64,000 nt of DNA. Origin: Azolla caroliniana. Lineage: Eukaryota; Plantae; Polypodiophyta. This document shows, piece after piece, positions 27,796-38,904 of this stretch. Where the stretch lies: positions 3,100,001 through 3,164,000 of the forward strand of contig JBHGNT010000014.1 of NCBI GenBank assembly GCA_043228905.1, read 5' to 3'. Each line of letters starts with the position of its first letter. The stretch's first letter is position 1. A program made the position numbers and the translations under genes. The notes beneath the pieces were generated by a model that saw only the letters and a list, made by a program, of their open reading frames with translations, was not told the origin of the DNA and ran no database searches.

Positions 27796-28090
27796 GTTGA
27801 GATATCAAACTCAACTAGATTTAGTTAGTTAGTCAAGACACGTAACTTAGTAGTTACCTAGATAGAATCTAGTTAGTGTGTTGACCTTAAAGCCTGAAAT
27901 AGGATTTTGTACTTGAGTGGGATACATAGTAGATCCTCCACTCCCATGTTCATTTAATATAGGACTTACACATTTGTACCTATATTCTACTTACACATGT
28001 GCACCTTTGCACATGAGATGTATATATACCTCATTGTGGGTATTTTTGTATTTGATTATGCTTTTTAATATAGTTAATCATCCCCCATCT
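27796..28090 (+). mobile_element. Partial Copia-type LTR interrupting the L1
   Basis: Starts TGTTGAGATATCAAACTCAAC exactly where the L1 RT stops. Resembles the TGTTGAGA..CAAGCTC starts at 32360 and 44338. Confidence 0.55.
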
Positions 28091-29546
28091 TGTGACGAGT
28101 CATCCTCGATGCATCTTCAAGCATATATTCAGCCAAAAGCGCCCTTTCAAATCCCACCCATGTTGTTTGGGCGACTTGAATCTCCCTTATACCACCTTGT
28201 AACCCAATTGCCACAACACGCTTGAAGTTTGATATTTGCTTCTCTTCAATGACATTGCGTTGTTGCATCTCCGTCTTGTATGTAACGTGAAAATCCGTAA
28301 TGTTTCTTCCACCAAATTGGCCCGCTATCTCAACGGTTCGGTCGATGGCCTTGTCTAAGCTTGCATCCTTATCTCGAGCTCTCATCATATGCTCGACAAT
28401 AGCCACCAACTTCGCCACTTCATCAGGTTGGGTGTTTGTCAAAGAAGCCATCTTCTAACCTTCTATTTCAAGCACTTGATCCTTCCTACCACCTCTTCAC
28501 GTCGGGTTCACCACTTGATTATGTCGTGAAAATCCGTCACTATGTACGGATCGTGAGGCGGAATCGTCAGGGTTATGGACGAGAAGGAAATAGGGCTCAC
28601 ACATACAACACAAGGAAGTCTTACACAAACAAGGCACGAGTATTCAAACGTGTTTGTGAAAAGGAGAGGTGCATGGGCAAGCCCGAATCAACCCCTAATC
28701 ACAAGGTGAACGAATGCATGCGAGGAAGGCTTACACAAAAAAGGCACGAGTATTCGAACGTGTTTGTGAAAAGGAGAGGTGCATGGGCAAGCCCGAATCA
28801 ACCCCTAGTCACAAGGTGAATGAATGCACACGAGGAAGGCTTACACAAAAAAGGCACGAGTATTCGAACGTGTTTGTGAAAAGGAGAGGTGCATGGGCAA
28901 GCCCGAATCAACCCCTAGTCACAAGGCGAATGAATGCATGTGAGGAAGGCTTACACACGGACACACAAGGAAAAGGCTTACTTACACACACGAGAGACAA
29001 AGTTTCGAATGCCTTTGTGAAAAGAGAGGTGCATGGGCAAGCTCGAACGCTCCCTTGTTACAAGACATGCAAACACACAAGCAAGGTTTACACACGGGAG
29101 ATACAATTTCGAATGCCTTTGTGAAAGCAGAGGTGCATGGGCAAGCCCGAACGCTCCCTTGCCACAAGTCGCACGAACACACAAGAAATATTTACACTAA
29201 CATGCAAGACACAAAGTTTGAATGCCTTTGTGAAAGGAGATGTGCATGGCCAAGCCTAAAACACTCCCTTGTCACAAGTCACACAAACAGATAAGCACAA
29301 ATGACAATAAAATATAAGACACGTAAGTTTGAATGCCTTTGTGAAAGGAGAGGTGCATGGGCAAGCCCGAAATGCTCCCTTATCACAAGACATACAAACA
29401 GATAAGCACAAATGACAATAACATATAAGATACGTAAGTTTGAATGCCTTTGTGAAAGGAGAGGTGCATGGGCAAACCCGAAACGCTCCCTTGTCACAAG
29501 ACACACAAACAAATAAGCAAAAATAACGATAACATATAAGATACGT
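28091..29546 (-). mobile_element. Truncated Gypsy-type element: repeat-containing LTR part (28522-~29546), tRNA-Trp PBS (28496-28513), gag 5' fragment (28451-~28091)
   Basis: The LTR ends ...TTCACGACA on the minus strand. PBS TGGTGAACCCGACGTGAA matches the plant tRNA-Trp 3' end. The ORF AIDRTVEIAGQFGGRNITDFHVTYKTEM is homologous to the gag at 37253. Confidence 0.8.
28600..29546. repeat. Array of ~8 units of ~110 bp with a conserved palindromic core
   Basis: The core TTTGTGAAA(A)GGAGAGGTGCATGGGCAAGCCCGAA...CCCT(T/A)GTCACAAG recurs at ~28669, 28779, 28889, 29029, 29133, 29241, 29353 and 29463. Confidence 0.9.
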
Positions 29547-30269
29547 CGGTGAAACCAAACACTATTTTATTGCAATATAATAAATTCTTTTATAAAATAA
29601 GAATCAATTTACAACGGGTTTGATATGAATATGAGAGATAATTTATAAAGGAAGGGGGAAGAGAGGTGGAGCAAAGAAGAGAGTGGAATATAGACGAAGG
29701 TGATTCTTTGTTGATGATGTCTCTCTATGTTGTTGATCCTTCTTATTTTGCCTTCCGATTGAGTAGAGCTTCCATGTTCCTACCCCCCCCCCTTTTCTTC
29801 ACTAGAATAGGCTCTTATTTATAGGTTTAGGAGTGCTTGCATTTTTCCCCTAAAAAAAAGTTGGTCTATGTGAGTCGACTTTTCTTTTCCTCGCTATTTC
29901 TGTTTTCTAGCCCCAAATTTCACATAAAAGATCTTCTTGAAAAGCTCTTTGGGTTAGCTTTCTTATGCATCTTTTCGTTCCTAATTTGGACATCTGACGA
30001 GGAAATTATGAGCTTTTTCCTCTACTGTGCTCCTCATATCCACGCTTGCTTTTTTTTTTCTCTCCCCATCTTTTTCTCTACTTTTGAAAATCGCCTCTAA
30101 CTTAATATTCATCATTATTTATAGTAAGGTTCAATCTTTTGACCTTTTATTTATAAGGAATTATCTTTGGCAAATGAAAAAATATTTTTGCTACCAATAA
30201 AGTTGACTTCACAATACTAGTTTATTTGAACTACTATTTTACTTCTTTTCAAGGGTGGTTTCACACTAT

Positions 30270-32817
30270 GTGTTAGAAACATCACAACACCAAAATCCGT
30301 CGAACAAGAGATAGAAAGATGGAGATCGACTCGAACACATTTTTGAAGAAAATCCGATTACGACAAGGCTTAGTGGGCCACAAGAGCCCTCGAGTGACCA
30401 AAGCACATCTCGGCCTAGTCCGAAAATGGACAAAGGCAAGACAAAAATGCCAGAATATGAAGACAATCACTTCAACGGCAACAAATCAACTCACTCCCTC
30501 GAGAGTGAGTTTGGTGGCTTCGATGTACCTATCATGAGGACACCTGGCGTAAAGAAAGCTATTGCCATGGCAAACGAAAAACTCTGTTGCTCCACCCATG
30601 AGAAGAATCTTGTTAGCTGATTCGGCTACAACGATTATATGGCCTACCACTATGCCTTTATGATGAAGGTGGCGACAGTTCGAGAACCGGAAAGTTTTTC
30701 GGAAGCAACCAAGGATCCACGATGGGTCGAAGTAATGAACGAGGAGATGCGGGCACTATGCAAGAACGAGACATGGGATCTCGTTCCCCACTCACCGCAC
30801 AAGAAGGCAATCGGTTGCAAATGGATTTACAAGGTGAAGTATAATGTCGATGGCTCCGTCAACCGCTACAAAGTTCGACTCATAGCGAAAGGATATGCAC
30901 AAACACATGGAGTCAACTATGAAGAGACCTTTTCCCCGGTGGCAAAGATGACGACTATGTGCACCATAATTGCACTTGCAGTGGCGAAATGGTGGCACCT
31001 CCATCAAATGGATGTAAAGAACGCCTTTCTTCAAGGCAAATCAGAAGAGGAAGTGTACATGGTACAACCACCCAACTTCGAATCGAGCTCCATCCGAAAG
31101 TAGTCTGCCGACTGAAGAAGCCACTCTACGGCCTTAAGTAAGCACCGCGTGCTTGGTATTTGAAGATAAAGCAATATCTTCATCAAATCGGCTTTCGAAT
31201 GTCGAAATCCAACAACTCCCTCTACATACAAAACAACTCTAAAAGCCCAATTGTCATCATCCTATATGTGGATGATCTAATCATTGGAGGTGAAAGTCTA
31301 ATCGACATCAACAAGGTCAAGTCCCTCCTCTCTAGCAAATTCGAGATGATGGACATGAAGGTGATCCATTACTTCCTTGGCATCGAAGTAATCCGGACTC
31401 CAATCGGCATTATGATCTCTCAATGGCACTACATCCTCAATTTGCTATACAAGTTCGGGATGACTGAGTGCAAATATGTGGCAACCCCTCTCCATCGGAA
31501 CCTAAAGCTAGCGCTCGACTCCGGCACAAACGAGTGCAAACCGACTCAGTATCGACAACTGATCGAGAGCCTCATCTATCTCACGATCACTCTACCTGAC
31601 TTCAGCTACCCGGTCATCCGCCTTAGCCAATTCATGCAAACTCCACGAGATATCCATTTGGATTGTGCTAAGGGAGCATTACGATATGTGAGCGGCACAA
31701 TGGATTGTGGTATTCATTACGAATTGGCCACACTAATTCGACTCGAAGGGTACACAGATGCCGATTGGGCCGACTACAGAGCCGATCGACGATCGACCTC
31801 CAGATTTGTCCTCTCGCTCGGCAACAGAGCAATATCTTGGAGTAGTAAGAAGCATCCTACCGTTGCACTTTCGAGCATGGAGGCTAAATACAAGGGTGTA
31901 GTCGTGGCTACATGTGAAGTCGTATGGCTCAAGAGGATTTTGAAGGATCTGGGCGTTCCCATCAAGGATCTGACTCCCCTTTACTGCGACAACATGTGCA
32001 ATATTTATCTAGCTCGAAACCCGGTGTTCCATGCACGCACAAAGCATATCGAAGTGCACTATCACTTCATTCGAGGCGTGTTCAGGCCGAAGATGTCAAC
32101 CTTCAACACATCAACACGAATCTTCAGACAACCGACATCTTCACCAAGGCCCTAGGAGCCGACAAGCTTCGGCAATTCATGTCAGAACTTGGATTGACAT
32201 CCCTGACTTGCCAAGCTTGAGGGGGAGTACAAGAGAGAACCGGATACCGTCCGAACCAGGAATGAACCGAAGCGGACATCGGAGATTGTTCGAACCGGAT
32301 ACTAGCCGAAGCGGACATCAACCAAAAGGAACTGACCCAAGTTGAGCTTGAGGGGGCATGTTGAGAATCAAGCTCGACCTAGTGCAATGTGTGAACACAC
32401 CCTTTGAGAATCTATGATCACTCAAAGGTCAAGAGTCACACCACTACTCTCTACACATTAACTATGTGTCATAGAATCATATTCTATGACACATAACTAA
32501 TGAGTTCCATATTCCCTATGACTATGAGTCTTCACATTCCCCAAGAGAGAGCAGTTGTTGTAGTGAGTTTATGAAGAGAGAGGGTGACCTTATATAAAGC
32601 ACCCTTCTCCTACTTCATAGAGAGCCGGTTGTGACTCCTTGTAATGCTACATTTTGTATTTGCTATTCTCCTTGTTAATATACACCTTCTTCTTGAGTAC
32701 TTCATTTTTCTTTCATCTATCTATCTTATGTTTTCTCTTCTCTCATCTCTTTCCTCTCACACATACACATAACACGCATCTCTTCCGCTGCACAAGAATA
32801 ATATCTTATTCTTTACA
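30270..32817 (+). mobile_element. Ty1/Copia 3' part: RT, RNase H, PPT and 3' LTR (32360-32817), degenerate
   Basis: Motifs EPESFSEA..W...M.EEM, IGCKWIYK, HQMDVKNAFL, LYVDDLII, YTDADWAD, ISWSSKK, HARTKHIEVHYHFIR. PPT GCTTGAGGGGGCA precedes an LTR TGTTGAGA...TTCTTTACA. Confidence 0.92.
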
Positions 32818-33133
32818 CATATGATGGCTCGTAGATTTTCATTATTACAAGACATGTGTTCAAACTCACAACCACGGATATTTCATTGAGATCAAGGGTT
32901 TAACACATGGGAGGACAACGATTAAGGCTTCATGGTGGCAATTACTGAATGGATGTATTTCACTTAGGATTCCAGTCTCTACATATGTTCAACACTTGGT
33001 TACCTCATGGCAAGAAGCACTTTGGTTATGTGTATGGAAACCATCATCTAGTAGAGAGCATTGTATTTCTTTGCAAAAAGAGTTGCTTGTGTCTTCTCGG
33101 TTATTATGTTGGCCAGGAAAGGAGAGATTGCGC
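32818..33133 (+). mobile_element. L1 ORF2 fragment (post-RT), continuous with 38066 onward
   Basis: The frame WPGKERL|RSQFNRLFRLGVKAVGDIV is restored when the 33134-38065 element and one TSD copy are removed. Confidence 0.75.
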
Positions 33134-33263
33134 TGCCGCGTTGTTACGCGCGTGCGTGGAGAAAGGCAGGACCACGGGGGTCTTGGACTAGAGAGCGATG
33201 GAGCGTAGGAAGTCGTGCTTCACTGTTTCTGGGGCATCCCAGAAACACACCGGAAGCAACCGA

Positions 33264-33300
<37 letters not shown>

Positions 33301-36300
33301 CGACTCACGCACACACACACACACACTCGCACACACAGCCCAACCCGACCCACGCCTTATGTACAGAAAACGCAGGAGAGGGTAAGCACCCGACGCCAAC
33401 AACGACACGAATATACACAGACAAACGTATATATATATATATAAAGGGAAGAATACATTCCCAGCGTCGAGCCGGACCAAGATAGCTTACAACAGTCGTC
33501 TGCTGTCAAGCCGCCGTCGGGGAGCTCTCGGGCTCGTCTCGCCGAGCGGGGTCTTGCACAGGAGATGAGCTGTAGCAAACCCCTAAGCGAACACAAAGGA
33601 GAAGAAGAAGAAGAAGTTAACTCTAAACCTAACGGTATACCCTCTAATGCAAAATGGGCAACCCCTTCACAAAGGGTGTTCCCTTCCATTTATAGAACAA
33701 GGAAAGGGATGCGTTACAATGTGGGACAAATCCTAGCTTACATGGGATCGTCTGCCCTGACTTGACTACTCTTCGGCGCCATAAAGGCGCCCTTGATATT
33801 CACACTAAATGTACATGGGTGCGTACACACGCTGCACCCCGCCGATGTAGCCAATGTTTCCCGGTTTCCGCCTCTTGCCGAAATTCTTCACGACATCCGC
33901 CCCCACCTAACCGCACATCCACCGGTATGTGCCAAGTCCGGCTGAAGGGTGAGAGATTTCGGCCGGTGAGAAACCGGTCTTCCGTGATCTGCATCCCGGC
34001 TCGCTGCCGGTTTGATCTGTCGGCTTCGAGTCTTCCTTCGCGCTGGCCTCCCCGTAGGCTCGTTCGACCCGTCGATGGGTCCTCTGCCGCAATCTCCGTA
34101 GTACGCGTACTTTCGTTGGCCCTTGTTCGGCCGTATGAACGCCCCGCTTCCCGCCGTATGCCCGACGTCCTCCCGCCGCCACCTTCCTTCTCCATGGTCT
34201 TACGTCGTCGTGTCGGCTCGAACCGCCATGGTCTCCGGAATAGTGTGGAGGATCCCTTTTCGGTCTTCTCCGCGCTCGCCTTCCCGCTCCGGCACCTCCG
34301 TGTGCCACATACCCTCGACCGTTGTTTGGCACCGCCTGTGCCGTACTCCGGTTCATTGCACGCCTCGTCGGCCCCTTTCCCGGCCAGATCGTGCATCGCC
34401 GCTCACCCGCATACTAGTGTCCTTCGCATCTGAGGAACACCCCGTAGTAGCCCGCTTGGCCCTTCCCGTCTTCGTGCTGCTGCAACAGGTCCCGAGTCTT
34501 TCGTTTGCCGTCGTCCCCTCGCCCCCACCAGCTTGTCATCCCGGCTTGCCGTGTTAGTCTTCGCTACTTCGACGGAGCTACCGAGATCTACGAAGCGAGT
34601 GTGGAGGATCCTCCTTCGGCCTTTCTAGCCATCCCCTGACTCTTACCCTGTGCAGTCCACTAGGCACTTGTCACCTCGTTCCCGGCACCTCCCTTGTGCC
34701 GTCTTCTGCTTCCTTCGTTCGGCCCCGCCCGCGCCGAACATCGTCCCGTAGTCACGCTTCGATCCGGCCCGCGACGGCCACTTGCGAGACTCTTGTTCTG
34801 TCCCAGGTGTGCATTTCCGGCCTGACACACCTCCCCGTGTTTGCCCCTACCGGCTCCTTTCGAAACCTCGTGTCGTCGGGTCCTATTCCCTGCCGCCACC
34901 GTCCTTCTCCCTCGGTCTTACGTTGCCACGTTGGCCGAACAGCCGGGGTCTCCGGATCGGTGTGAGGGTTCCATAGGACCGGACTCCGTTTCTATTCTTG
35001 CCGAAATTCGGGTGTCTTTGTTTGAGCCCCTCCCGGACTCTCCTCATGTCTTCCGCGTAGTGGGGTCCCGTTTCCCGCCGCCACCAACCTTCTCTCCCGG
35101 TCTCATGTTGCCACGTTGGCCGAACTGCCGGAGTCTCTGGTTAAGTGTGGGGATCCCGTAGGACCGGACTTCCTTACGCCCATAGCCTTTGTCACCTCAC
35201 CGCCACCGTCAGTATCTTGGTCTTACGTCGACCGCGTTGCCGACTACCGAAGTCTCTAGAACCGGTGTGAAGGATCCTCCGTAGACCGCCCGTCCGTGGC
35301 CCCTTTTGTCTTCGTCACCTCGCCGCCACCGTCAGTATCTTGGTCTTACGTCGACCGCGTTGCCGACTGCCGAAGTCTCTAGAACCGGTGTGAAGGATCC
35401 TCCGTAGACCGCCCGTCCGTCTTCCCGACCCTGTCCCGGGTCGTCCTTTTCCGCATGCCGAGAGGGCGTTTTGTTCCGCACCCTCTCCCGTGGTACCGAC
35501 GTACCGTGTTCTTGGCCTCTCCGTAGGCTAGCTCTCTTCCTCCCTCCCGGAATGGTCATCCGGGAGTCCGCTCCGCCCGGTTCTCGCTCAGGTCCGTTCG
35601 TCTTTCTCCGGATTGCCGAGTCCCGTTCTCCTGTCGCCACCGTCCTCTCATATAGGACTTACGCCAGCACTCGGGCCCGCAGCCGGATCGGTGTAAGGAA
35701 CCCCATAGGACCGGCTTTCATTCTCTTTCCAAATCTCGACCTTCGCTCGGTCGGTCTTTCTCCCCATGTAAAAGAGGGCGGCTCGTCCCGCACCCTCTCC
35801 CGTATCGGCACCTTCATGACGAATCCGGCCCCGATCGAACGATCCACGACCGGATTACGCTCCACCCGTATCGGAATGCCGATCTCCTCGTGCCGCGTTC
35901 GTCCTCGGCCTCCTCGTAGGCCGTTTCCCATCCGACTTCGCTGGCATCGTGCCAGGACTCCTCGGTACCACCATCCATCTCCTCGGTCTTACATGGGCAT
36001 ACGGGCCCGAATGCCGAGTTCTCCGGAATCGGGTTCGTGGGCTTTCGTCCGTTCCTTCCCCGCATCGTCTCGCCGGTGATTCTTGCCCTTTCGCCGCCAC
36101 CTTCCTCCGCTTGGGACTCAGGTGGGCACTCAGGCCCGACTGCCATCGTCTCGGGAGCAAGTGTGGGAAGACACAAAGAATCGCTCGTCCGTTTTGCGCC
36201 CTTGTCCGTAGCCACCGACTCTTCGTGGTCGGCGGTCGTCTTCTTACCGATCGCGCAAGCCCCGTCTGGGCTTGCTTCTCCAACGACCGGGATCTCGGGC

Positions 36301-37420
36301 TGACACGCCCGAAACCGCTGGTCCCAACGTTCCGGTTCCGCGATCTGTATCTCGGCCTCGTCCTTGGCCGTTCTATCTCCGCAAGTCGAGAGGGCGTTTC
36401 GTTCCGCACCCTCTCCCGTGGTACCATCGTACCGATCTTCCGTCGTCGCGTGGGGCAAGTACGTCTTCTCAGTCTCGGCTTGCGGCCTTCGTCTTTCCTC
36501 TTCCTCAAGCATCGCCTCGAGAGCTGCGTACGCCTCCGCAATCCGGTCCCCAACGCCGACCCTTGCCGACTCTCTCTGCTGTTCGGCCTCTTCCCGCTGT
36601 GATGGCACGTCGTCACGTACCTTCCTCTTAGCCTTCTCGGCTTGCTCGTTGTCTAGCCGTTGGCACACCCTTCCGACCTTCGACCAGTCCTCCGTAAGCC
36701 CATTCGCTCCGTCGTCGTCTTCGAGCTCAATCCCGATGGCTTCCCGTTCCGCTCGGTCGATCGACCTGACGAACAAAAGGACTTTGTTCGCCCCCACCAA
36801 ACCTTGTTCCCGCTCTGGGAGCCGGGCAAGCCGTCGCTCGAACTCTCGGAACGCCTTCGTCGCGCCCCGGTGGGTCTTTGCCGATGCTACCCACTGGTCG
36901 AAGTCGTGTCGTCCCCGGCTCTTCCGCCGTCCTCCGTATGCCTTCAGGAGCGCCTCTTCGAAGGCCTACCATGAACTATGAGCCTCACGGAGCTCCTTTA
37001 CTTCCGCATGCATCCGGACAGCTACGACCCGGCAGAAGAACTCCAACCTCAACGCCTCGTCTACGCCACGCTCCTCCATTTCCGCGTTGTAGGCTTCCAA
37101 GTAAGACGAGACTTTGTCCCCGTTGAAACGACCGACTCTTTCGACCACTCGCTCAACCGCTTGTTGCGCTGCTTCTCGCCTCATCACCACTCGTGCCGAC
37201 TCCAACACCACTTCGGCCACCATCTCCGCAAGGTCATCGTCTTCCGACTCCATCCTCCCTTGCCGCCTTTCACGTCGGATTCACCAAATATGTCGCGTTG
37301 TTACGCGCGTGTGTGGAGAAAGGCGGGACCACGGGGGTCTTGGACTAGAGAGCGATGGAGCGTAGGAAGTCGTGCTTCACTGTTTCTGGGGCATCCCAGA
37401 AACACACCGGAAGCAACCGA

Positions 37421-37466
<46 letters not shown>

Positions 37467-38065
37467 ACACCGACTCACGCACACACACACACACTCGCAC
37501 ACACAGCCCAACCCGACCCACGCCTTATGTACAGAAAACGCAGGAGAGGGTAAGCACCCGACGCCAACAACGACACGAATATACACAGACAAACGTGTAT
37601 ATATATATATATAAAGGGAAGAATACATTCCCGGCGTCAAGCCGGACCAAGATAGCTTACAACAGTCGTCTGCTGTCAAGCCGCCGTCGGGGAGCTCTCG
37701 GGCTCGTCGCGCCGAGCGGGGTCTTGCACAGTAGATGAGCTGCAACAAACCCCTAAGCGAACACGAAGGAGAAGAAAAAGAAGAAGCTAACTCTAAACCT
37801 AACGGTATACCCTCTAATGCAAAATGGGCAACCCCTTCACAAAGGGTGTTCCCTTCCATTTATAGAACAAGGAAAGGGATGCGTTACAATGTGGGACAAA
37901 TCCTAGCTTACATGGGATCGTCTGCCCTGACTTGACTACTCTTCGGTGCCATAAAGGCGCCCTCGATATTCACACTAAATGTACATGGGTGCGTACACAC
38001 GCTGCACCCCGTCGATGTAGCCAATGTTTCCCGGTTTCCGCCTCTGGCCGAAATTCTTCACGACA
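33134..38065 (-). mobile_element. Young non-autonomous gag-only LTR retrotransposon. 5' LTR 37291-38065, PBS 37269-37286, PPT ~33896-33912, 3' LTR 33134-33895
   Basis: The two LTRs (~760-775 bp) have TG..CA ends and are ~98% identical by eye. PBS TGGTGAATCCGACGTGAA (tRNA-Trp, 17/18). PPT TTAGGTGGGGGGCGGA. 4-bp TSD GCGC/ACGC. No RT or integrase motifs were seen. Confidence 0.92.
35814..37253 (-). pseudogene. Gag-like ORF (~480 codons) with one in-frame TAG at 36966-36968
   Basis: ORFs 36966-37253 and 35814-36800 share a frame. Reads VGRFNGDKVSSYLEAYNAEM...HSSW*AFEEALLKAY...KVLLFVRSID...GLTEDWSKV, followed by an acidic low-complexity tail. Starts just after the PBS. Confidence 0.75.
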
Positions 38066-38904
38066 ACGCTCTCAATTTAATCGTTTGTTTCGTTTGGGGG
38101 TCAAAGCAGTGGGAGATATAGTTAAGGCTTCAACTCAAAGAATTTTGGAGTTTGTTGAAGTGCGACAATTATTACGCATTCCGCCTAATTATGGGTTTAT
38201 TTGGCAACAACTACAAAATATTCCATTGATGCAAGGTCCCTTACCTCTGCAAACAAGAGAACAATTGTGGATTGATTGGTGTTTAAAGGGTCAAACGTCT
38301 TTGTTACAAGTGACTACTAATCTTTTGTAGCATTGCTATGTTGAGTCTCTTGGATGGTTATCATCTAAGGTTGAAGAAGAATGGAGAATACACAAATCTG
38401 GTCATGGGTGGTGTCAGATCTTACAACATAGTTGGCATTCTAAATTGCCACTTGTAGCAAAGGTCTTCATTTGGAGAGTTTTGATTGGAGGATTGCCTTT
38501 GGGATTAGCTCTAAAGCATCGTGGATTAGCAACGGGTAATTGCTTTTTTTGCACTGTTCAAATGGAAGATAGTACTCATTGATTTATACAATGTTCGATT
38601 GATTGTCAGATTTGGAGTTACATTTCTCAAATTTAGCAAGTCTTATCACGGTGTTATTTGACACCTAGACAGTGAGTGTTTGCACAATTTACACAGGTTG
38701 AAACAAAATAAGAGATGGAGATCATTTTTCTATTTCTGAGATATTGGGGATCGCATCATAATTGAAATATGCGCAACGCTTTTGTATTCGATGGTAGACA
38801 TGGAGTGAAAGCATATCTACGAAAGTTGAAGGGAGTACTAATGTGGCAATTTTCTTTATTGGAGCAAGTGGAAATTCTTTCCTCGGTTGAGTGTTCGTCT
38901 CAAG
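38066..38904 (+). mobile_element. L1 ORF2 3' part (zf-RVT region)
   Basis: KVFIWRVLIGGLPLG..LKHRGLATGNCFFC....EDSTH.FIQC is the plant L1 zinc-binding motif. Several stops are present. Confidence 0.85.

Noticed and set aside
28496-28513. tRNA-Trp gene
   Set aside because: Only the 3' 18 nt including CCA are present, next to an LTR end. This is a PBS, as is 37269-37286.
28600-29546. CRISPR array or hammerhead ribozyme array
   Set aside because: The context is a eukaryotic LTR with no cas genes. Linkers are related to one another rather than unique, and the hammerhead CUGANGA core is absent.
29548-30264. Solo LTR (GGTGAAACC...GGTTTCACA)
   Set aside because: LTR-like ends are present, but the first base is not T and there is no TSD. 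Treated as part of the composite block.
33762-36981. Many overlapping 100-250-aa ORFs in several frames
   Set aside because: These are expected in very GC-rich TE sequence. Only the gag frame has a homologue in the window.
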